Source of the DNA: Nitrosopumilus sp.
GTDB lineage: Archaea; Thermoproteota; Nitrososphaeria; Nitrososphaerales; Nitrosopumilaceae
Assembly (NCBI GenBank): GCA_963667665.2
Contig: OY763927.2
Coordinates: 224,001-288,000 of the forward strand
Direction: 5' to 3'
DNA length: 64,000 nt
The notes beneath the pieces are model-generated. The model had not been told where the DNA came from. It worked only from the letters and a program-made list of their open reading frames with translations, and ran no database searches. Shown here piece after piece: positions 19,944 to 31,500 of the stretch (position 1 is the first letter of the stretch; every line of letters begins with the position of its first letter). Both the position numbers and the translations under genes were made by a program.

Positions 19944-21350
19944 TTAGTTCACTGAAATACTTCCGACCATCCAAGGATGAACCATACAAAAGTAATCGTA
20001 GCTTCCTGCCTCATCAAAGGTGAATGCATATACTGCATCTGCCATGACTAGACTGCTATCAAATACGCCTGATGGGCCATTTGCTGGACTACCACCAGTT
20101 ACTGTATGTGCGGCTGTGTCTACATTCATCCAATGTACTGTGTCTCCAGCATTAATTGAGATGTCTGCTGGTGAGAAACATGAATTAGTTTCTTCACATC
20201 CTGGAACTGAAGTTCCTACTGGCATTTCAACATGTACTGTTGTTGGTCCTTCCATAGTTTCTTCCATCATGACTTCTTCTTCCATCATGACTTCTTCTTC
20301 CATCATGACTTCTTCTTCCATCATGACTTCTTCTTCCATCATGACTTCTTCTTCCATCATGACTTCTTCTTCCATCATGACTTCTTCTTCCATCATGACT
20401 TCTTCTTCCATCATGACTTCTTCTTCAAGTTCTAAAGTTTCTCCTGCAGTTGCACTTACAGAATAACTGACAGTAAATTGGTTTGTATGCATTGTGTGAA
20501 CAGCTAAAGCATTACCTTCGAATTCCCATGAACCCATTGCATTATCTGGATCAACAAATGTCAATTCAAATATTGTTTCACCATCTGGAGTCCAAGTCAT
20601 TGCTGGGTTTTCATCAGCGCTAACTGGTCCTCTAAGTGTCACTAGTTGAATATTTTCAGAAGCAGAGTATGAGAGAATTCCTGAATATACATCACTTGAT
20701 GGTGCAAGTAGTATTGCAATATGATGTGATTCATGACCCATACCTGGATCTGGCATTGACATGGTTGTACCCGTCATTACAGTATCAGACATTCTTTTTT
20801 CTGTATAGTCTATTTTGTAATCAACTGTGAATGGTTCGGTATTCATTGTGTGTACTGCTAAAGCATTTCCGGCAAATTCCCATTTGCCTTTTGCGTTATT
20901 TGGATCAACAAATGTTAATGCAAACTTTGTTTCACCGTCTGGAGTCCAAATTGCTTGTCCTTTGTCTACACCATCTGCTAATGGACCATGTAGTGTGACG
21001 AGTTGAATCTTTTCAGATGCATCATAATTGAGTGTACCTGAATATACTTTGTCACTTGGTGCCAATAGAATTGCTATTTGGTGAGTCTCATGTCCAACAC
21101 CTGGGTCTAACATAGATGTGGCTCTCTCCCAACCTGATTTTATTGGGTTTCCTGCTTTCTCCCTAATTTCTGCAGCCAAATCTGCACCAAAGCCTTCTGA
21201 TGTTTTTGGCTCTGAAGTTTCAGGTGAAACCATTGGAGTAGAGACTGTAGGACCTGCATCTTGGATTGAGCCTCCTGTGGCTATAAATCCTAACGCTATT
21301 GCTACAATTGCCATTGTTAATACAATTGCGGCTTTGTTTATACTTACCAT
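19944..21350 (-). CDS. Secreted blue-copper (plastocyanin/azurin-like) protein with two His-rich repeats and a Met/Glu linker
   Basis: Signal/anchor; C-terminal HTVT...YFCMVHPWM; duplicated PG.GHE.H.IAILLAPS domain. Confidence 0.88.
   Translation of the reverse strand: MVSINKAAIVLTMAIVAIALGFIATGGSIQDAGPTVSTPMVSPETSEPKTSEGFGADLAAEIREKAGNPIKSGWERATSMLDPGVGHETHQIAILLAPSDKVYSGTLNYDASEKIQLVTLHGPLADGVDKGQAIWTPDGETKFALTFVDPNNAKGKWEFAGNALAVHTMNTEPFTVDYKIDYTEKRMSDTVMTGTTMSMPDPGMGHESHHIAILLAPSSDVYSGILSYSASENIQLVTLRGPVSADENPAMTWTPDGETIFELTFVDPDNAMGSWEFEGNALAVHTMHTNQFTVSYSVSATAGETLELEEEVMMEEEVMMEEEVMMEEEVMMEEEVMMEEEVMMEEEVMMEEEVMMEEEVMMEETMEGPTTVHVEMPVGTSVPGCEETNSCFSPADISINAGDTVHWMNVDTAAHTVTGGSPANGPSGVFDSSLVMADAVYAFTFDEAGSYDYFCMVHPWMVGSISVN
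20265..20426. repeat. 18-bp tandem repeat x9 encoding (EEEVMM)9
   Basis: Nine perfect copies of CATCATGACTTCTTCTTC. Confidence 0.97.
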
Positions 21351-22113
21351 AATTGATCTATCACTTACTATATGCTAAATAAATCTAATTGTTCCTATTA
21401 CGTTCATAATTTCAATTTTTCAAGCATTTGGAATTTTGTAATCTGTTTCATTGTTTTTTGGTGTTAATTTTATTTCTGAAATCTTGGGTTTTTGATATTT
21501 TTGAAATATTTACAAAAATTCTAGAAATCAATTGAAAATTTCACATGATCGCTTTAATCGAAGATTAAGTGTTGTCAATGATATTAAACAATTCTTTCTT
21601 TTATGAATCTGGTATGTAATATCGGTGGCATCGCAAATGAGCTGTCACCATGTAACTACTCGTTTTTGGTCTTAAGCTCTTTTGCATTAATATTTTTTCT
21701 GGCGAAAATAGGGGATTATATACAACAGTACACTAGATATCAGGTTTGGTTTCTAGTGTTAAATTGTATGCCAACATGCAGATGATGCCTCAATATGAAA
21801 AAATGCAAAAAAAAAGAAGATGTCATGGATCTAATGATGGTGTGAAGAAATTGTCAGTATCGTTGATTGTATCTAATGCGTTTTGTATTGTTTCATTGAA
21901 GTTAGGCATAGTGTCGAATGCGCATTTTCATCTCCATGACATCGGACGTAAAGAAAAACAGATATTTGTCGTATTTCAGAATGTCGTTGGTAGTCTTTTG
22001 CTGCGTAAAGTCTGTGTGTTGTTAATCCCCATCACCTCCTCATAACCATACTACAAAGTAATACTTTCTCGTTTTAAATATTTGACTAACTGCCGTGGCT
22101 CTGGGTCTGCAAA

Positions 22114-22595
22114 ATGATCCCAGGCGCAACAGAAATAAGTCCAGTGTTCGGGTTGAGTTTGGTAATAAAGAAGCGTCTCAAGGAAACAAAGGATGGGAGA
22201 AAATGGAAATATCTGACGTATGCCACAAATTTGGAACGCCAGTACATAAAACGAACCATCAAAGATATTCCAGAGGAGTACAAAAAGCGATGGCGTATAG
22301 AGAACAACTTCAAATCAGTTGAACAGAACCGCGCCCGCACCGGCAGCCGAAATCATTCGATCAGAGTCTTTATGTTCTTTCTATCTATGACCGTGTGCAA
22401 CCTGTGGTATACGGCAGTGCGAAAAATAAACAATATGATGGAGACCAAGCGGAGACGACGTGTCAAAATAAATATTACAGCTAATGTATTCTTGGCACTG
22501 CTCATTGTATTGGTCAAAAAGATCATAACATCAGTAAACAAAGAATTGAATTATTATCTGCAATGTGTGCGATAGGGGCACATTTTCAACTTCTG
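22114..22595 (+). mobile_element. ISH3-like (DDE_Tnp_1) IS, 3' remnant with terminal IR
   Basis: YATN...YKKRWRIENNFK; ends in GCACATTTTCAACTTCTG; homologous to 53960-54397. Confidence 0.8.
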
Positions 22596-22627
22596 ACATC
22601 CATCCCTGACGGGTCGACGGTCCTACA

Positions 22628-23813
22628 TCACGCCGCGGCTAGTGCATCGTGCACGGCCGCGCAGGCAATCAAGGTGCGCCACGGAGTGCCGTTGATCATG
22701 ATCCCAGCTGCTTTGGCAGAAGTCATCCCGCCCAATCCAAAGTGCGGCTTGATAAAGTTGTGGTGTACAATGAGCAGCTTGAAAAGAGGCGATTCGCGTT
22801 TCTTGATGCCGCGCACACCCTTGAGAACATCTCCGAGTTCGCCATTGAATCGCTCGTGGCCGTTGTTGCTGCAATATTTTTTTGTCCAGTGACAGTCTGC
22901 CACGTGCACTGGACGCGGACCCCGGCATGACCAAAAGATCTTTTTGAACGCTTTGCGGAAAGGACGTAGTCCGTCAGTCACAAACACACTGGGCCTGAAC
23001 CCTGTGGCCAGACGAGCCTTGTCCAGCAGTCCAGTCGCGTCGTAATTCATCTTGCCAGTGGATGTCTCCATGACAGTACGAATCGGGTGGCCGTGTCTAT
23101 GACTGAAAACAGCCAGCACTCTTTACCTGACACCCTCTTGTACTTTTCATCGGCACTCCACCTGTAGCCTGCCGACGGACGCAATGTGGTTGCGTATCGC
23201 TCCACCAGACCCGCGTAGTGCGTGGCCCAGCGCGCAACTGTAGCCGGGTGGACCCGGTTACCACAATTTGCAAACATCAGCGAGATGTTGTTCGGGGAGA
23301 TGCCAAAGCCAAATGCCATCAAACCGAAGATTATCATGGACGGGTCGTGCCTCCTGTGCTCAAAACCAGGCTTGCCAGTAAACCGACGATTGCATTTCCG
23401 GCACTTGAATGTCTGGGTAGGATCCCGGTGCTTGTGGTATCTATTTCCGTTCTTGCAGAATTTGACTGACTTGCAGTTAGGGCACTTGACATCTGGCTTG
23501 TCTAATGTCATCGGCTCGCCTGCATCCGGGACGTTTACCTGGGACACCAAGAGCATCTCCACTGCCACGATGTGCTTGCACCTTGCCCATTCCGATTTAC
23601 ATGGTAGGAACACTTGCAGGTGCAACCATTCTCGCTCAGCGATACCACATATTCTTGCCCCTCAGGTTTCGAGCGTACACCCCACCGCCCACTACCGAGG
23701 CCCTTGATCTGATCCCCTGCAGATAATATCCGGGTCGCTTTGCACTCGATCGATTTCAAGGAAGACGCGTTCTTCTTCCTCCCTGAACCTTTCTTGCCGT
23801 TGTTTCTTTTCAT
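22628..23813 (-). pseudogene. Frameshifted IS6-like DDE transposase with N-terminal SWIM and Zn-ribbon
   Basis: Three overlapping ORFs: CTCKC...CKHIVAV, CPNC...CRKC, WSADEKY, FVTDGL, NNGHERFNG, HNFIKPH. Confidence 0.85.
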
Positions 23814-24222
23814 ACCTAGTATTTGCAGGCAATGTACTTTGGTGACACATGTAAAATTAATCGCACATAGTGATCAAATCTTGTCTGGATTCTGGAGAAC
23901 GTGCAGATCACGCGAGTTTGCTAGAAGAACCGAACCCAACGGTAGAGGCGACCAAGCACTTTTCGTGGTCACAGTGTGTCTTGCCTAACACTTGTTGCTT
24001 TCTCCAACATCGTCCCACCAAAGAAACATGTGTATGTATCATGGGCGTGTCTTGCCTAACACTTGATTGCTTCTTCCAATCTTGGGATGTCGCCTGTCAG
24101 AGTTATGTTTCTTCTGCCTGTCATATTTTCGTCTAGATCGCCATGCGCGTCCGCATTATCTGTTGCTATGATCATGCGGCGGTTACGTAATTTGCCATAT
24201 TCGCATATCGCGTTAGCCAATT

Positions 24223-25193
24223 CTAAATATCTTTGATCGTCTCTGTCCTTGAATGTATTATATAGAAATTAATTCCGCTAGTCATTGACATCCTCTTCCA
24301 TCCATACGGTTGCTCTTTCTGATCCCTTCTGGCATCTTTTTTGCTATGAGGTGCCATCAACGGGGTTTGACCATTCCTGATGTCCAGTGAAAAGTGCGTC
24401 CTTTGCTCGTTGTAAAACTCCATGAATTCCTCTACACTATCAAAGTGCACAAACTCACTTTCAAGCGTTCCAAAGAACCGCTTGAGATTTCCATTGGTCT
24501 GGGGGCGGTATGTCTTGGCAGTTATCGGCACGATGTTGTTGGCAACGTTTCTCTTCAAACGCGGTGAGCATCCGTCGTCTTTTCGGACATCCAAGCTTTC
24601 CTCCTGCAAAGCACTGCCGTTGTCAGAGCATCGGGACAGGTGCATGGTGTACTGGGATATGGCCTGACGCAGCATCGATGCGGCATTCTCAGACGTTGCG
24701 TTCTGGAACACGCTGGCCCCTGTAACGCACCTGGATACATCATCCAAAAACACTATCAGGTTGAGCCTTTTCAGGTGTGAATCCTTTATCAGGTGCCAGT
24801 CCACATGCCACATCGCATTGGAGTACCTGCACGCATACTGCACCTACTTACATTTCCTTGATTTTGCAGGGAATGAGACGATCAGTCAGTTGGACTTTAT
24901 TATCTGGTATATGCGCCGATGACATGTATGGGCCCGAGTTCTTTGCGATCTGTAGCACACATGCAACCCAAAGCGTGTACATCCAGCATCGCTTTTACTT
25001 CTTCAGGTGACAAGATTGACTGGCAGTCCTGGCTTCCTGCAAGTGGCTCTTGCCGTCATCCCTGCACTCCATCCACAACCGCCAGACGTGCCTAGGTAAC
25101 TCCAATCTCCTTTGCCACCGTTCTGGCGTCCTTGCCTTGCTCCAACTGTCAGATGGCGTATCGTGTGGATCTGTCTGTCAGTTTTGGTTTCAT
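24223..25193 (-). pseudogene. IS481-like transposase pseudogene
   Basis: MKPKLTDRSTRY...HTH start with stops and frameshifts; WHVDW, FLDDVSR, SDNGS, PQTNG.L.RF, YNEQR.H. Confidence 0.8.
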
Positions 25194-25539
25194 AGTCTCC
25201 TCTGATTTGTGCAGTCTAAAGTAGTCTGTCAGCACACGCTTGATTACGTTATGGCGACATGATTTCAATACAACACAATTGCAACGTGTATGATCAGGTT
25301 TGCGTCTGAGAATTGACAAAAGCATCTATAAAATTAGGCTGCGATCATTTTAGACTGCATTTATGCGTAAAAAGCATGGCTAATCTGACATGCAAATTCT
25401 ACGCGAGGAGGTTAAGCAATACATACATATATTTAATAACGAAAATTGCAATTGTGAAGATTGATGACTTTTACGCATATATTTTTCAATATTTTGCGCA
25501 CAAATTGTTCTGTACCTCCGACATTATCCTCCGAGGAAG

Positions 25540-28500
25540 ATGACGGTCCTGCCGGCAGCAACGCTGGCAGTCATGCTGGTCATGACGCTTGTGGTAACAG
25601 GTGGTGACGGGGCAGTACTGCACGACGGCGGACCCTGGCAGGTGTCTGCGCCGAGCTTGCAGTCCTACCTGCAGGTCAGCGACACCTGGCCGATTCCGGA
25701 TCCGACTGCATCCGTGCCGCTACCCCGATACGCCTTTGCGCAGGTTTCAGGCAATACGCCCCCGGTGGTGCAGGCAGGAGGCGACCTGACCGTCGGGGAG
25801 GGCAATACTGTCATGCTCTCAGGCTCTGCCACAGATACCGACGGCGATCCCATGACATACATATGGTCGCAGACCGACCCTGTTACCCCTCGCATCACGT
25901 TTGCTGATGCTTCTGCATCTTCCACCACCTTTACGGCGCCCTCTGTCACAGGCGACACCACCTTTACTTTTGTCCTTACCGCACATGACGGCACACAGCC
26001 TGTCACAGACACGCTGAATGTCACCGTAAAGGAGACGGGCGCCGCCTTTATCACCACCTGGGCTGTCAGCGACTCTGACAGGAACATAACCCTTCCAATG
26101 ATGGGCACGTACTCTATCCTGTGGGGTGATGGATCCCACAGCCCGAATGTCAACGACTCCCAGTTTCACTCGTACGATGCCGCCGGAATCTACACCGTCA
26201 CCGTACTGGGTGAGGGCCTTGAGCGCATCCGGCTTTTCGGCGATACTGCAAACGCGCGCCAGCTCATATCGATTGAGCAGTGGGGCGGCACGAAATGGAT
26301 TACCATGGATGCTGCGTTTGACGGGGCGACCAATATGGTGTACCGCGCAACTGACGCGCCGAATCTGTCGGGCGTTACCAGCATGGGTTACATGTTCAAC
26401 GATGCCTCCTCATTTGACGGCGACCTCTCTGACTGGAACGTCTCGTCTGTCACCAACATGGTCTTCATGTTCAACGGTGCCTCCTCCTTTGATCAGCCCC
26501 TAGACTCCTGGAACGTCTCGTCTGTCACCGGCATGACCGGCATGTTCGAAGGCGCCACCTCCTTCAACCAGCCCCTCAACAGATGGAACGTCTCGTCTGT
26601 CACCTTCATGAACGAGATGTTCAACGGTGCCTCCTCCTTTAACAGGCCACTGGGCTCCTGGAACGTCTCGTCTGTCGTCAGCATGAGCGACATGTTCGCT
26701 GGCGTCTCCCGCTTCAACCAGAATCTGGGGACATGGTACATCGTGCCTGCCAGCACCGACTTTGATTCAGGTGCCAGCTCGCTTGATGTCACAATCATAT
26801 CTGCGCAGAACCTGTATCTGAGGGACCAAAATCCGATCTACGGGATGGGATCCGGCGGCAATTCGGACCTGTTTGAGATGCGAGGATCCACCCTTGCGTT
26901 CAGGAGCGCCCCGGATGTGGGTTCCTACACGGCCAACGTGAGGGCATCTGGCAGCGACGTATTTGAGAACGGCAACAACTGGAGGATGCTGGAGATAACA
27001 GTGCACGACATTATCAACAACCCGCCGGTGGTACAGGCCGGAGGCGATCAGACCGTCGGGGAGGGTGATACTGTCATGCTCTCAGGCTCTGCCACGGATC
27101 CCGAAGATAATTCCATAACGTACACATGGTCGCAGACCGGCCCTGTCGCCCCTCGCATCACGTTTGCCAACGCTTCTGCATCCTCCACCACCTTTACGGC
27201 GCCCTCTGTCACAGGCGACACCACCTTTACTTTTGTCCTTACCGCACATGACGGCACGCAGCCTGCCACAGACACGCTGAATGTTACCGTAAAGGAGACG
27301 CGCACCGCCTTTATCACCACCTGGACTACCAGCGACTCTGACAGGGACATAACCCTTCCACTGGAGGGCGCGTACTCCATCCTGTGGGGTGATGGTTCCC
27401 ACAGCCCGGATGTCAGCGGCTCCCAGTCCCACTCGTACAATGCTACCGGAACCTACACCGTCACCGTACTGGGTGAGGGCCTTGAGCGCATCCGGCTTTT
27501 CGGCGATACTCCAAACGCGCGCCAGCTCATATCGATTGAGCAGTGGGGCAGTACGGAATGGACCTCTATGGATCGTGCGTTTTACGGGGCGAAGAACATG
27601 GTGTACCACGCAACTGACGTGCCGAACCTGTCGGGAGTCACCGACATGGGTTCCATGTTCATCAGTAACATTGCCTTCAACGGCGACCTCTCCGACTGGG
27701 ATGTCTCGTCTGTCACCGACATGGCCTACATGTTCTCCAGTGCCGTCGTCTTCAACGGCGACCTCTCTGACTGGGACGTCTCGTCTGTCACCGACATGTC
27801 CAACATGTTCTCCACCGCCGTCGTCTTCAACGGTGACCTCTCCGACTGGGACGTCTCGTCTGTCACCGACATGTCCAACATGTTCTCCACCGCCTTTTCC
27901 TTTAACAGCGACCTCTCAGGCTGGGACGTCTCGTCTGTCACCAACATGAGCCATATGTTCTCCACCGCCTCCTCCTTTAACAGCGACCTCTCAGGCTGGG
28001 ACGTCTCGTCTGTCACCAACATGAACAGTATGTTCTCTAACGCTTCGTTCTTCAGGCAGAATCTGGGTTACTGGTACGTCGTACTGAACAACACCTCCAT
28101 ACGTGCCGATGATACCTCCAACGTAGTTGGAACCATATCTGCGCAAAACCAGGCGCTTGACGATCAAAACCCTACGTACGGCCTCGGCGCGGGCGGTGAC
28201 TCTGACTTCTTTGTGATCACTGGCAGTACCTTGAATCTAAACCCGACTGCCGACTATTCTAACAAGATCTGGTATTCAGTCAGCATCACCTCGACTGGCG
28301 ACTTTGGCACCGGCAACCACCGTGTATATGGTATAACAATATCTGACACAGACACCACGATTTCAGACACTGCCCCAACTGTTACGTCAATCAAGAGATA
28401 TGACCCGGCAGTAGAAAACACCAACAGCCAGACATTGATATATAAAGTGATCTTCAGCGAGGACGTGACGGGAGTAACTGCATCCGACTTTGTCCTGTCT

Positions 28501-31500
28501 CCTAGCAGTACGGGAAGAGTCAGCGGCACCACCCAAGTCACCGGCATCTCAGGCTCCAGCGACACGTACTACGTTACAGTCTCCTCATCTACTGACGGAA
28601 CATACAACCTTGATCTTGTCTCATCAGGCCACGACATTGCAGATGCTGCAAACAACTCGCTGACCAACACGGCTACCACCGGGGCAGACGAAACATACAC
28701 CGTCAGTACCGCAGTTATAGACAACACCAACCCAAGACTTGCATCAATTGAGAGGTCCAGCCCGACATCCCAGAACACGGACAGCCAGTCTCTACTCTAC
28801 AAGGCAACCTTTAGCGAGGATGTCACGGGAGTAACTGCATCCGACTTTGTCCTGTCTCCTAGCAGTACGGGAAGAGTCAGCGGCACCACCCAAGTCACCG
28901 GCATCTCAGGCTCCAGCGACACGTACTACGTTACAGTCTCCTCATCTACTGACGGAACATACAACCTTGATCTTGTCTCATCAGACCACAACATTGTCGA
29001 TGCTGCAAACAACTCGCTGACCAACACGGCTACCACCGGGGCAGACGAAACATACACCGTCAGTACCGCAGTTATAGACAACACCAACCCAAGACTTGCA
29101 TCAATTGAGAGGTCCAGCCCGACATCCCAGAACACGGACAGCCAGTCTCTACTCTACAAGGCAACCTTTAGCGAGGATGTCACGGGAGTAACTGCATCCG
29201 ACTTTGTCCTGTCTCCTAGCAGTACGGGAAGAGTCAGCGGCACCACCCAAGTCACCGGCATCTCAGGCTCCAGCGACACGTACTACGTTACAGTCTCCTC
29301 ATCTACTGACGGAACATACAACCTTGATCTTGTCTCATCAGACCACAACATTGTCGATGCTGCAAACAACTCGCTGACCAACACGGCTACCACCGGTGCA
29401 GACGAAACATACACCGTCAGTACCGCAGTTATAGACAACACCAACCCAAGACTTGCATCAATTGAGAGGTCCAGCCCGACATCCCAGAACACGGACAGCC
29501 AGTCTCTACTCTACAAGGCAACCTTTAGCGAGGATGTCACGGGAGTAACTGCATCTGACTTTGTCCTGTCTCCTAGCAGTACGGGAAGAGTCAGCGGCAC
29601 CACCCAAGTCACCGGCATCTCAGGTTCAGCGACACGTACTACGTTACAGTCTCCTCATCTACTGACGGAACATACAACCTTGATCTTGTCTCATCTGACC
29701 ACAACATTCGATGCTGCAAACAACTCGCTGACCAACACGGCTACCAACAGACCACATACACCGTCAGTACCGCAGTTATAGACAACATTACTTGCATCAA
29801 TTGAGAGGTACAGCCCGGCATCCAAGAATAGACATCTATCTACAAGGCAACCTGATAGGCATGTCAAGTAACACTATCACGACTTTGTCCTGTCTCTAGC
29901 AGTACGGGAAGAGTCAGCACCACAACACCGGCATCTCAGACGACAGCCGTACGCCCCGTTACGCATCAATTCCCATAGGTCCAGCACATTGTCGATGCTG
30001 CAAACAACTCGCTGACCAACACGGCTACCACCGGACCAACACGGCACACGAAACATACACCGTCAGTACCGCAGTTATAGACAACACCAACCCAAGACTT
30101 GCATCAATTGAGAGGTCCAGCCCGACATCCCAGAACACGGACAGCCAGTCTCTACTCTACAAGGCAACCTTTAGCGAGGATGTCACGGGAGTAACTGCAT
30201 CCGACTTTGTCCTGTCTCCTAGCAGTACGGGAAGAGTCAGCGGCACCACCCAAGTCACCGGCATCTCAGGCTCCAGCGACACGTACTACGTTACAGTCTC
30301 CTCATCTACTGACGGAACATACAACCTTGATCTTGTCTCATCAGACCACAACATTGTCGATGCTGCAAACAACTCGCTGACCAACACGGCTACCACCGGG
30401 GCAGACGAAACATACACCGTCAGTACCGCAGTTATAGACAACACCAACCCAAGACTTGCATCAATTGAGCGGTACACTCCTGCAACCGAGAATACGGACA
30501 ACCAGACACTAGTCTACAAGGCAACCTTTAGCGAGGATGTCACGGGAGTAACTGTATCTGACTTTACCTTGTCTTCTGACAGTGCGGGGGGAGAAAGCAC
30601 ATCCACCTCAACTGGACAGTTCACACAGACAAGATCCCCCCACCTTACCATACCTGACCTTGCAACTGTATCTGATACCATCACAGTCCCTGATTCTGGA
30701 ACTGCCACATCCGTCTCAGTTGAAGTAGACATTACGCATAACTACATCGGCGATCTCAAGATAGACATTATTGCCCCTGATGGCACTTCAATAACACTAC
30801 ACGACAATTCTGGCGGCAGCACCGACAACATAGACCAGCCGTACGCCCCGTTATTTGGAAGCATCCCCATCTCAGGTGTCTGGACCCTGCAGATACACGA
30901 CAGGGATGCTCCCGATCCAGGAGTCCTGAACAGCTGGACACTTACCATCAATTACGGCGATACTGCCACAACTCTCAGCTCCGTCACTGACATCTCAGGT
31001 TCAGGTGATGTGTACTATGTGACAGTCTCTGCATTACAGGACGGCACATACAACCTTGATCTTGTCTCATCAGACCACAACATTGTCGATGCTGCAAACA
31101 ACTCGCTGACCAACACGGCTACCACCGGTGCAGACGAAACATACACCGTCAGTACCGCAGTTATAGACAACACCAACCCAAGACTTGCATCAATTGAGCG
31201 GTACAATCCTGCAACCGAGAATACGGACAACCAGACACTAGTCTACAAGGCAACCTTCAGCGAGAATGTCACAGGGGTGGATGTATCTGACTTTATTTTG
31301 TCTCCTGACAGTGCCGGGGGAACAGGCGGCGGTAGCAGCCCTGTTACTGACGTCTCAGGTTCAGGTGATGTGTACTCTGTGACAGTCTTTGCATCAACTA
31401 ATGGGACATACAACCTTGATCTTATCTCATCAGGTCACGGCATCGCAGATACTGCAAGCAACCCGCTGACCGACACGGCTACCACCGGGGCAGACCAGAC

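Noticed and set aside
20020-20466. (HHDFFF)n and (SSSIMT)n ORFs
   Set aside because: Opposite-strand readings of the EEEVMM repeat.
21603-22045. Short ORFs between the cupredoxin gene and the IS remnant
   Set aside because: No motifs and atypical composition; likely decayed DNA.
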